A stretch of 64,000 bases of DNA from the NCBI GenBank assembly GCA_034520565.1, contig JAXHNL010000001.1, positions 64,001-128,000 on the forward strand. Direction: 5' to 3'. Position 1 is the stretch's first letter; the number at the start of each line of letters is the position of its first letter. Under the pieces are notes generated by a model that saw nothing but the letters and a program-made list of their open reading frames with translations, made no database searches and had not been told where the DNA came from. Both the position numbers and the translations under genes were made by a program. This document shows, piece after piece, positions 30,801 to 39,307 of this stretch. This DNA comes from Halodesulfurarchaeum sp. GTDB lineage: Archaea; Halobacteriota; Halobacteria; Halobacteriales; Halobacteriaceae.

Positions 30801-30977
30801 CGGGTTCTCGTACACGAGCCATCCCTACAAGTGTGCCGGCACCCGGTTTGCCCACGGTGTCTCCTTGCTGAAAGGCGAGTTTCGGCCGGTTTGTGGCGGA
30901 AATCGGGCCCACGGCGTCCGTTCACACGGCGGATCAACAACCGGGGACTTTTTAGTCGGCCCCACTTCCTCACGACC

Positions 30978-31369
30978 ATGCAGGGCAACCTTCCGCCGGA
31001 AGCACGGAGAAAATCGAAGATCTCGAAGACCTTCAGGAGACCGCCCAGAAGGTTTCGATGCAGAAACAGCAGGCCGAATCCGAACTCACCGAGACCGAGA
31101 CGGCACTCGAGGAACTCGAGACCATCGACGAGAACACGACCATGTACCGCGAGGTCGGCGAACTCCTCGTCGAGACCGATTACGCCGCAGCCGAGGAAGC
31201 ACTCGAAGACAAGGCCGACACACTCGAGGTCCGCGTCCAGACCCTAAAGAAGCAGGAGAACCGCGTCCGAGAGCAGTTCGAGGAGATCCAGGGCGAACTC
31301 CAGGAACTCCTCTCGGGCGGTGGCGCTGCGGGCGGCGCCGCAGGCGGGCCGCCGTCCCCCGATATGTAA
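30978..31369 (+). CDS. pfdB: Prefoldin subunit beta with apparent 1-nt deletion at ~31006
   Basis: MQGNLPPEA, then [25 protein letters not shown] in another frame. Confidence 0.9.
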
Positions 31370-31371
31370 AG

Positions 31372-31611
31372 ATGGCCGACGCCGACGCAGTCGTGGAAAC
31401 GGCAAGCGAGGCGGCCCACGGCTACGTCTTTTCCCGCCTCAACAAATCGACCGTCGACGACATCGATCTCGCGGTCTCCTTCGAGGACGACGTCCTCGAG
31501 GTCGAGATTTCGATCGTCGCCCCCGATGCCGACGCCGACCTCGAACAGATCGCCGAGGACGCCGTTCGAGTCGCCGGCGACGCGGCCGACGAGCTGTTCG
31601 ATCAGGCGTAA
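31372..31611 (+). CDS. DUF3194-like small acidic protein
   Basis: VVETASEAAHGYVFSR..DIDLAVSFEDDVLEVEI; follows pfdB. Confidence 0.8.
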   Translation: MADADAVVETASEAAHGYVFSRLNKSTVDDIDLAVSFEDDVLEVEISIVAPDADADLEQIAEDAVRVAGDAADELFDQA

Positions 31612-31652
31612 GCGACAAACAACGGGTCCGTCACCGGCAGACCCTGGTTTCC

Positions 31653-33518
31653 TCAAGTAAGCACGAAAATCAGGAGCGTAATCGCAGCCGAGCCCACGAT
31701 GACCGCGGCCAGAAGGCCCCCACCCATCGAAATGACGGCGTTTGCCTGACTCGCGAGCGTCTCGGTGCGGTCGTTGCCAAAGACCGTTACCTCGGCGGTT
31801 TCCGAGGCCATTCCCGCCTCCACGGGTTCGAGATCCGCGTGGGCCCGGTCGACGAGGTCGCTGATTCGTGAGACGAGTTCGCCGTGATCGACGGCCGCAC
31901 CCACCTGGTTCGAGGACTGGACGGTGTTCACGATGTGGGTGTCCGTCGTCATTACTTCGACCTCGTCGACCCCTTCGATCGCATTGACTATCCAGTCTCG
32001 CAGCCCCGGTTCCATGTTGTTACCGTCGACGAGGACGTACGCGACGCGGGTTCCGGCGACGGCGAGCACCGCAACGCGAATACCAAGCGGCCCGATCCCC
32101 TCCGCCGGTTTCCAGTTCGTCGGTTCCCAGGCTATCCCGAGTTTCATCGGCCCGGACTTCGTCCCGTCGAGTTCGGAAGCGGCGTCGCTTACAGCCTGGA
32201 TCAACTCGAAGGAGCGGCGGCTCCCCGGAACGACGTGTCCGAGGCCATCACCGCCCTGCAGGCCGTCGTTGCTGTTGTGTGCATCGACGATCAAGATATC
32301 CGAAAGACCTTGGACTCGGGCTTCCGCGCCGGCCGCGAGCCCCACGGCGTAGTCGATGTCGTCCGCAAACCCCGGCGCGAAGGTGGCCACGAACAGCCCG
32401 TCGCCATCAACCCGCTGCCCCAACACGGAGGCGTCGCCCTTCTCGATCCGGACCGGCGGGGTCGCCTCGTCGGTGTACTCGATCCGCTCGGCCGCCCGTT
32501 CGGCCGCGTCGATAAGCGTGTCGACCTCGCGTTCGGTCACGAGATTGAAGTCGTGGCCAGCAGTCGCATGTGGCGGGAAGGCCAACCCGTCGGCGGACTC
32601 GGCGACCCGCTGGGGAAGGTTTCCCCCGCCGATGTCGCCCATCGGGCCGGGGTGGATCATCGGAAGGACCCAGCGGGCCTTCTCCGAACCGTCCGCTCGT
32701 CGGAACGAGAGCACCGTCACGGGAACGACGGCTTCCTCGCCGATCTTCTCGAAGAAGTCCTCGAGTTCCCGGGACCCCTCCGCGATGTGGCCGATGAAGC
32801 CTCGGAGGAAATCCAGTGCGCTGACGTCCAGGCTCCGGCGCCACGGGCGGTCGAGGACCCGAAGAAACGCGTAGGCGATGGCGGTGTAGAGTGCGGACAT
32901 CCCGATCAATAGCGCAAAATCGCCCGGAACGAAGGCGTTCGTGATCTCTGGAGGGGCGTGTTCGGGCCTGGACAGCAGGGCCTGGAGGTAGGGCAGGTCC
33001 CCGAGGACGAGGAAGTTCATCGTCCCGCTGTAAACGAAGAGGAACACCCCCGCCGTCAGGGTCTGAATGCTCGCGGGCACGAGGGAGGCGAGCGGGTGGG
33101 TCCGGGAGACGGCGTGGACGACGAGGAAGCGAAACGCGAAAATGAGCGCGAGTGCCCCGATGAGGGCGTCGTACACGAAGTTCTGCCCGAGAGCGGTGAT
33201 CGTCGCGACGAGCCCGGCGACGACGAGGACCGCGACCGCGATCAGCAGACTAACCGTCGCGAGCAGGGTCGAACGGTTGAACGTGAACTGTCCGCCGAGG
33301 GCCCGGTCGAGCGGGGCCGTCAGAACGCTCGCGATCAGCGTCGGAATGCCCAGGTAAAAGAGGCCGAGCCATGCGTCCTCCAGGACGAACCGGGAGTCGA
33401 AGGCGGCGACCCCCACCAGCACGGCGATGACCATGCCGAACGCCATCGTCGCGTACCACCGCGGGGTCCGGAAGATGTACCGGGAGAGCCCGGCCAGTTC
33501 GCCCTGTGTCGTGGTCAT
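31653..33518 (-). CDS. DUF2070-family membrane protein
   Basis: Multiple N-terminal TMs; IHPGPMG, HATAGHDFN, DAHN, DGNNM, TTDTH. Confidence 0.85.
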   Translation of the reverse strand: MTTTQGELAGLSRYIFRTPRWYATMAFGMVIAVLVGVAAFDSRFVLEDAWLGLFYLGIPTLIASVLTAPLDRALGGQFTFNRSTLLATVSLLIAVAVLVVAGLVATITALGQNFVYDALIGALALIFAFRFLVVHAVSRTHPLASLVPASIQTLTAGVFLFVYSGTMNFLVLGDLPYLQALLSRPEHAPPEITNAFVPGDFALLIGMSALYTAIAYAFLRVLDRPWRRSLDVSALDFLRGFIGHIAEGSRELEDFFEKIGEEAVVPVTVLSFRRADGSEKARWVLPMIHPGPMGDIGGGNLPQRVAESADGLAFPPHATAGHDFNLVTEREVDTLIDAAERAAERIEYTDEATPPVRIEKGDASVLGQRVDGDGLFVATFAPGFADDIDYAVGLAAGAEARVQGLSDILIVDAHNSNDGLQGGDGLGHVVPGSRRSFELIQAVSDAASELDGTKSGPMKLGIAWEPTNWKPAEGIGPLGIRVAVLAVAGTRVAYVLVDGNNMEPGLRDWIVNAIEGVDEVEVMTTDTHIVNTVQSSNQVGAAVDHGELVSRISDLVDRAHADLEPVEAGMASETAEVTVFGNDRTETLASQANAVISMGGGLLAAVIVGSAAITLLIFVLT

Positions 33519-33520
33519 GG

Positions 33521-34072
33521 TTACTCGCAGATGTTTCGAAAGTTCGCAAACAGTTCATCGCCGCCTTCTGTGTGAGCGACTTCCGGATGCCATTGCACCC
33601 CGTACAGGTCCCGGTCGGTGTCGGACATCGCCTCGACCCCACAGACGTCGCTCTCGGCGGTCCGGGTAAATCCTGCGGGGACCTCGAGTACCTCGTCGGC
33701 GTGGCTCGCCCAGGTTCGAATCGAGGGCGCCAGTGAACCGACGAGTGGGTCAGTTTCGTCGAGAATCGTCACCTCGACGTCGGCGTAGCCCCCGTAGTCG
33801 CCTTCGCCGACCTCGCCGCCCAGTTCGCGGGCAATCAACTGGTGGCCGAGACAGATCCCCAGAACCGGAATATCGAGTTCGAGGTAGGCGGCCGAATTGC
33901 CCGTCTCGTCGATTGAGGGGCCCCCGGAGAGGACGAGTCCGTCGGCCTCGATCTCCGCCGGAGGCGTGGTATTATCGATCAGTTCCGTCTCCACACCCGG
34001 CAAATCCCGGAGCAACCGGTGCTCGAGATGGGTGAACTGGCCGTGGTTGTCAACCACGTGGATCTTCGTCAT
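33521..34072 (-). CDS. guaAa: GMP synthase subunit A (glutamine amidotransferase)
   Basis: VVDNHGQF, LSGGP, GICLGHQ, SHAD, QWHPEV. Confidence 0.92.
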   Translation of the reverse strand: MTKIHVVDNHGQFTHLEHRLLRDLPGVETELIDNTTPPAEIEADGLVLSGGPSIDETGNSAAYLELDIPVLGICLGHQLIARELGGEVGEGDYGGYADVEVTILDETDPLVGSLAPSIRTWASHADEVLEVPAGFTRTAESDVCGVEAMSDTDRDLYGVQWHPEVAHTEGGDELFANFRNICE

Positions 34073-34131
34073 TGGCGTGGTCTATCCGTGACGGACTCAA
34101 AAACCCACCCGTTCGAACCGAGCGGCCGCCG

Positions 34132-34647
34132 TTAGTCCTCGTCCCACCGCTCGCGAGCCGTCTCGAAGGTGAGTTCGGCCAGTTCCTCGGTCCGCCGCGC
34201 CTCGGCGGCAGCGATGGCCTCGGGATCCGGGTTCACCGCGTCGTCGATCCGAGCCCAGGAGTCGTGGACGGCCGCGTGGCACCACCGACAGAGCGTGACC
34301 GTGATCTCGTGGGAGACGTCCCGCTCGTCGGGGTAGACGAGGTGGTGTTCCTCGAGGAGCGGCCGGGAGTCGTCGAGGGCCTGGCGACGCTCCTCGAGTC
34401 CGCAGCGAGCACACGCGTGGGAGTTGCTTCTCGAGCGGTAGTGTGGACAGTCGGCCCAGTCCCAATCCGCCGTGGCGACCGGACAGGCGAAATCCGCCTC
34501 GCGCCGGCGAGCCGCGAAGTCCGGATCGCGATCCGGCAGATCGAGGGGAAACCGGCAGGTACCTTCGCTCGTGACGTGATCGCAGCGACCCGCAACCGCG
34601 TAGGGATCGGACACACCCACGCTCGTCCCGGTCGGCGTTCGCTTCAC
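34132..34647 (-). CDS. Conserved Cys/His-rich protein with HNH-like motif
   Basis: GTG start MKRTPTGTSVGVSDPY; CARCG..LEEHHLVY..LCRWCHAAVH. Confidence 0.75.
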   Translation of the reverse strand: MKRTPTGTSVGVSDPYAVAGRCDHVTSEGTCRFPLDLPDRDPDFAARRREADFACPVATADWDWADCPHYRSRSNSHACARCGLEERRQALDDSRPLLEEHHLVYPDERDVSHEITVTLCRWCHAAVHDSWARIDDAVNPDPEAIAAAEARRTEELAELTFETARERWDED

Positions 34648-34669
34648 AGTCGGGCAAAACAGCCGAGTC

Positions 34670-34780
34670 GGGGAATCGTTTTCGGCCATCCCAATGCGGA
34701 GCACGACCACCGGATGGGGAATCGTTTTCGGGCATTCCAGACCGGAGCACGACCGCCGGATTGGGGAATCCTTTTCGACA
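34670..34780. repeat. Imperfect 46-47-bp direct repeat (about 2.4 copies) in a divergent intergenic region
   Basis: GGGGAATC(G/C)TTTTCG at 34670, 34716, 34763; GGAGCACGACC(A/G)CCGGAT twice. Confidence 0.9.
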
Positions 34781-34800
34781 CCCCGGTCCCACCGGTGCTC

Positions 34801-35169
34801 GTGCAGATCGTTCACGGGCCTGTGGAGAAACGAACCGGTTCTGCAGCCGAGGAGCAGGTGCTCGCGACAGACGTCTCGATCGCCGAAACAACCCTGGAAA
34901 AGTTGAAAGGGGTGATGTTCCAGCAGTCCCTTCCACCCGACTATGGACTCGTCTTTCCCTTCGAGACGGCCACGAAACGGGGCGTTCACATGCTCTTTGT
35001 TCGCGTTCCCATCGACGTCGTCTGGACTGTAGAGGGGACGGTGACGGCCGTAAAGACCCTCGAACCGTGGACGGGCTACGGACGCGAGCGTGCAGACGAG
35101 ATCATCGAACTGCCAGCAGGTGCGGCTGCACGGGTTTCGGTGGGCGATCGGGTCTGCCGCCAGAAGTGA
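34801..35169 (+). CDS. DUF192-family protein
   Basis: KGVMF..GLVFPF..HMLFVRVPIDVVW..LEPW..IIELPAG. Confidence 0.85.
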   Translation: MQIVHGPVEKRTGSAAEEQVLATDVSIAETTLEKLKGVMFQQSLPPDYGLVFPFETATKRGVHMLFVRVPIDVVWTVEGTVTAVKTLEPWTGYGRERADEIIELPAGAAARVSVGDRVCRQK

Positions 35170-35299
35170 ACGGCTCGCCGGTCCGGGCTGCCCGGCAGGG
35201 GAGCCGGACTGGAGCAGAAGTCCCGCCCACGACTGGAGTGATTTAAATAGGAGCGCCTCATTCGAAGATGTGTGGCAGCGATGACCACGGATCGATTTA

Positions 35300-36817
35300 T
35301 TGCGGGTGCAAACTAGCGCACCCCCCGACGACGACGTACAGCTCCTCGATACCACGCTGCGGGACGGCGAACAAGCCCCGGGAGTCTCGCTTACGGCCGA
35401 GCAGAAAGTCGAGATCGCTCGCGCGCTCTCGAAGGCGGGGGTTTCCGTCATCGAGGCGGGGAGCGCCTGCACCGGGCCGGGCGAACAGCGGGCGATCGAA
35501 CGGGTCACGGAACTCGACCTCGATGCGACGGTCACCAGTTTCGCCCGCGGGGTGAAACACGACGTCGACCTCGCGATCGACGCCGGCGTCGACGGGATCA
35601 ACCTCGTCGTGCCGGCCAGCGATCGCCATATCGAGACGAAAGTCGGCACGTCGAAGGCCGGTGTGCGAGAGACGACGGCCGAACTCGTCGAGTACACAAA
35701 AGTTCACGACCTCTGGGTCGAGGTGATCGGCGAGGACGGCAGTCGCGCGGAACCCGCATTCCTCGAAGATCTCGCGAAGGTTTCCCACGACGCGGGCGCC
35801 GACCGGTTCGCCTACGCGGACACGGTCGGGCACGCTACTCCCGACCAGGTCGCCGAGTCCATCGAGCGCCTCGCTGAACTGGGGCCGGTGAGCGTCCACA
35901 CCCACGACGACCTCGGTCTCGCGCTCATGAACGCCCTCGCGGGTGTGGGCGCGGGCGCCGATCTGGTTCACGCGACCGTCAACGGTATCGGCGAGCGGGC
36001 CGGAAACGTGGCCCTCGAAGAGGTCGTCATCTCGCTTTTCCACGGCTACGACATCGAGACCGTGGAAACCGAGTCCCTCTACGGACTCGCCACGCTCGTC
36101 TCCGACGCGATGGGTCTCGAATTGCCCCCGAACAAGGCGGTGAGCGGTCAGAACGCCTTCGCCCACGAGAGCGGCATCCACACCGACGGCACGCTCAAGG
36201 ACGAACGGATGTACGAACCCTACCCGCCGGAGACAGTGGGTCGGGAGCGCCGGCTCGTCCTCGGCAAACACGCCGGAAGAGCCGGGGTGCGAGCCGCCCT
36301 CGAGGAACAGAACGTCTCGGTCGACGAGGACCAACTCGACGAGATCGCCTCCCGAGTCAAGGCCCTCGGCGAACGGGGCAAGCGGGTCACCGACACCGAC
36401 CTCATGGCCATCGCGGAGGACGTCACGGACGTCGACCGCGAACGCCAGGTCGAACTCCTCGACCTCACCGCCGCCAGCGGTTCGGGGACTCCCACCGCGA
36501 GCGTCAGACTGCGTGTCGGCGACGAGGAACGGGTCGCCAGCGGCACCGGAAGCGGCCCGGTCGACGCCGGAATGACGGCGGTCCGAAAGGCCCTGGGGAA
36601 TCTCACGTTCCACCTCCAGGAGTACCACGTCGACGCCATCACGGGTGGGACCGACGCCGTCGTCACCGTCGAGGTTACCCTTTCGCGGGGGGACCGGTCG
36701 GTCACCGCCACGGGCAGCGAGGCCGACATCACCCTCGGCAGCGTCCACGCCATCGTCGACGGCCTGGACCGGTTACTGGCGGACGAGAACGGAGAATCGC
36801 TCCCGGCCGACGACTGA
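35300..36817 (+). CDS. 2-isopropylmalate/citramalate synthase family protein (LeuA/CimA); start uncertain
   Basis: DTTLRDGEQ, HTHDDLG, NGIGERAGN, AFAHESGIH, GKHAG, GPVDA regulatory domain. Confidence 0.92.
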   Translation: MRVQTSAPPDDDVQLLDTTLRDGEQAPGVSLTAEQKVEIARALSKAGVSVIEAGSACTGPGEQRAIERVTELDLDATVTSFARGVKHDVDLAIDAGVDGINLVVPASDRHIETKVGTSKAGVRETTAELVEYTKVHDLWVEVIGEDGSRAEPAFLEDLAKVSHDAGADRFAYADTVGHATPDQVAESIERLAELGPVSVHTHDDLGLALMNALAGVGAGADLVHATVNGIGERAGNVALEEVVISLFHGYDIETVETESLYGLATLVSDAMGLELPPNKAVSGQNAFAHESGIHTDGTLKDERMYEPYPPETVGRERRLVLGKHAGRAGVRAALEEQNVSVDEDQLDEIASRVKALGERGKRVTDTDLMAIAEDVTDVDRERQVELLDLTAASGSGTPTASVRLRVGDEERVASGTGSGPVDAGMTAVRKALGNLTFHLQEYHVDAITGGTDAVVTVEVTLSRGDRSVTATGSEADITLGSVHAIVDGLDRLLADENGESLPADD

Positions 36818-36900
36818 ACGGCGTTTCCCGTGCTCCGGGACCCCCTGATCGAGAGACGAAGACCGACTAGTCGTTGTACTGCCGGGACTGCAAAGAAAAG

Positions 36901-36985
36901 CGCCGAGGGTGCGATTTGAACGCACGAGTCCTGACGGACAGTTGCTCTCGAAGCAACCGCCTTGGCCGGGCTAGGCTACCTCGGC
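36901..36985 (-). tRNA. tRNA-Ser(CGA)
   Basis: GCCGAGG acceptor stem, GTTGC-TTCGAGA-GCAAC anticodon arm, long variable arm, GTTCAAATC T-loop; U-rich tract downstream. Confidence 0.95.
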
Positions 36986-37186
36986 GCAGGTAGTTCTTAC
37001 CGACAGACGGCATTTGTCCGTTTCGGTTCCCGGTCGGCCGAACCGAACGATTGGATTCCCGACCAATTTCCACAGTGTGCATATTTCCACACTCGGGTCC
37101 GTCGATTCGAAACCGGGAAAACAGGTTAGAAATCATATGGTTTTGCGCGGATGTGCGAGCGTTTACAAACAGGGACGAGGCAAAGG

Positions 37187-39307
37187 ATGGACATGGAGAG
37201 CGAGTTGCCGGCGAGCGTCCCGGGCCCGGTCCCCCCTGACGACCGGCGGGCCTGGTACGCCCCGGCAGTCAGATCGCAGTATCCCGTGACACACGGGATC
37301 GTCGCGACCGTCGTGGAGGACGAGGATGGGTACCGATACCGGGTTCGAGAGCCACGGCTGAGCGACAGCGAGGCTGCGGCTCTCGAACAGGTCGAATCCA
37401 GATTCGATGACGTCCCGCTCTCCAGGCCCCGGACCCGGGCCGGGGCGGTCGAGCGAGTAGAAGACGGGCTTCCAGAGCGGCTCCGAAACCGAATCAACCA
37501 CATCGAGAATCGGAGCCCGGCCGGTCGACGTCGATTGTCGTATCATCTTCTGGCCTCGTTGCGATCACTCGGCCAGCTGACACCCCTCGCGCTGGACGAC
37601 CGGGTCAGAATCGCCGACACGGCGGCGGATCGGCTGGCGGTCCACACCCGCGATTTCGCCCCTGCAATTACCGACCTCCCCGCCGAGACGCCCTATCTCG
37701 AGCGGTTTCTCGGCGAACGGGTCACGCGAAAAGAAGTCGACGTCTTCGGTTTCGAGATCCCTGTGACGATCGTTCGGGGGCATCTCCTCGGGAGTGACGA
37801 CTTCGACCTGAGCTACGTCGTCGGTGAGCCTGATCTGCTCCCCGGGGACCGGGAGCTGATCGAGACGGTCAAAGAGCGGATCCTCGAAGCACCACCGAAC
37901 GGCGTGCTCGAAGGCGAGTACGCCGGCGTCACCGAGCGAGCGCGAACGCTCCTCCGTCGACGGTTCGGGTATCGGCCACTCCTTCGCCTGACCGAACTGT
38001 TTCCGGGACAGGGGCGCCGGCGTGTTCGGCCTCGATTCGGCCGAGATACAGCCGAATCGACGTCGCGGACCGGGCGACTCGATGCCCTCGCATACTACGT
38101 GACCCGGGACCTGGTCGGGGACGGCAAGTTGACGGTGCCGCTCCGCGATTCCGGCATTCGGGCCATCGAGGCGGACAACACCGGAGGAAAGATCAGCGTC
38201 GTGTCTCGCCGCGAGGGAGCGGTCGCAGATACCCGGTTGCACACGACGCTTTCGATCAACGAGACCGACGAGTTCGTCGATCTCGCACGGTCCCTCGCCG
38301 CCGAAGGGGGCGTGGAGTTGAGCGTCGATCGGCCGACTGCCACGGTTTCGCTCGAGCGGAACACCGACGGTGGGCAGCGGACCATGCACTGCTCGATCGC
38401 CCTTCCGGGAACAGACGATCGTGGCCACGTTTCGATCGCCACCGGGCGCGAGACGCCCCCGACGCCAATCGCCCTCGTCGAGCGGGGCCAATTGACCGCC
38501 GAACTCGTCGCCGCGATCTGGACCGCAGCCGCGGCGGGCGGCTCGGTCGTGTTTCTCGGACCGGTCGACGCGGAACCGGCCGCTGTCCTCGGGGCCCACG
38601 CACCGTTCATTCCCGCCACCGAACGGCCCGTGGCAATCGGCCCCGGGGCCACGCAGGTCGACCTGCCCCAGGAAACGGCCCTCGCGCTCCCCCAGGAAAG
38701 CGGGAGCCACGATGAACACCGGTGGGCGACTCGGATCGAGCGGGACGCGTTACACCCGGACGTGGCGGTAATCGCGGAACTGAATTCTCCCGGCGGGCTC
38801 GAGCGGTTCGGAACGATCCTGGCCAGCGGCCGGCAGGTCTTTGCCGCGGGACGCATCGCGAGCCGATCGCTCTTTGCCACCAGTCTCGCCCGGGCCGAAA
38901 TCGAGCACCAGATCCGGTCGGGCGTCGACCTCGTGGTGGAACTCCCCCTTCCCGGTGCCGAGACGGTAGCGACGGGATGGCGCCCGGTAGAACCGGCGGC
39001 AACCGAGGCGCCGGAGGAACGGTCACATGCAGAATCCAACGGTCGGGTCGCCTGGGAGCGCCTGTTCGATCCGGAGGAGGCGGCCGACCAGCAATCCCTT
39101 TCGAGCCGATTCGTGGACGGCCTGCGTGGGTTCCGGTCGGCTTCGGATCTGTCCCTCGAGAGCGCGTTTTCCCGAAGGAAGCGGTACGTCCAGTACCTTC
39201 TCTCCGAGGGGGCGACCGACCGGGAGAGTCTCATGCGCTTCCTGGCCGACCTCCGGACCGACGAGGCAGCGACCATCGAACGCATCCGGGACCGGAACGA
39301 GCGATGA
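37187..39307 (+). CDS. PilB-family secretion ATPase homolog with degenerate catalytic motifs
   Basis: PVPP..AWYAP N-terminus, YRVREP, YYVTRDLVG; P-loop position reads GPVDAEPAA; HPDVAVIAEL at the Walker B position. Confidence 0.8.
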   Translation: MDMESELPASVPGPVPPDDRRAWYAPAVRSQYPVTHGIVATVVEDEDGYRYRVREPRLSDSEAAALEQVESRFDDVPLSRPRTRAGAVERVEDGLPERLRNRINHIENRSPAGRRRLSYHLLASLRSLGQLTPLALDDRVRIADTAADRLAVHTRDFAPAITDLPAETPYLERFLGERVTRKEVDVFGFEIPVTIVRGHLLGSDDFDLSYVVGEPDLLPGDRELIETVKERILEAPPNGVLEGEYAGVTERARTLLRRRFGYRPLLRLTELFPGQGRRRVRPRFGRDTAESTSRTGRLDALAYYVTRDLVGDGKLTVPLRDSGIRAIEADNTGGKISVVSRREGAVADTRLHTTLSINETDEFVDLARSLAAEGGVELSVDRPTATVSLERNTDGGQRTMHCSIALPGTDDRGHVSIATGRETPPTPIALVERGQLTAELVAAIWTAAAAGGSVVFLGPVDAEPAAVLGAHAPFIPATERPVAIGPGATQVDLPQETALALPQESGSHDEHRWATRIERDALHPDVAVIAELNSPGGLERFGTILASGRQVFAAGRIASRSLFATSLARAEIEHQIRSGVDLVVELPLPGAETVATGWRPVEPAATEAPEERSHAESNGRVAWERLFDPEEAADQQSLSSRFVDGLRGFRSASDLSLESAFSRRKRYVQYLLSEGATDRESLMRFLADLRTDEAATIERIRDRNER

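Noticed and set aside
14143-31369. Programmed frameshifting or phase variation at the four broken genes
   Set aside because: No slippery heptamers, homopolymers or shared motif; both insertion and deletion types occur in unrelated genes, so assembly error is more parsimonious
34072-36748. Long overlapping ORFs 34132-35697, 34072-35169 and 35297-36748
   Set aside because: Only the 3' parts match real genes; the rest is N-terminal over-extension or antisense to leuA/cimA
38722-39303. 837-aa PilC with a long N-terminal extension
   Set aside because: The extension overlaps pilB out of frame; the ATGA overlap at 39304 is the plausible start
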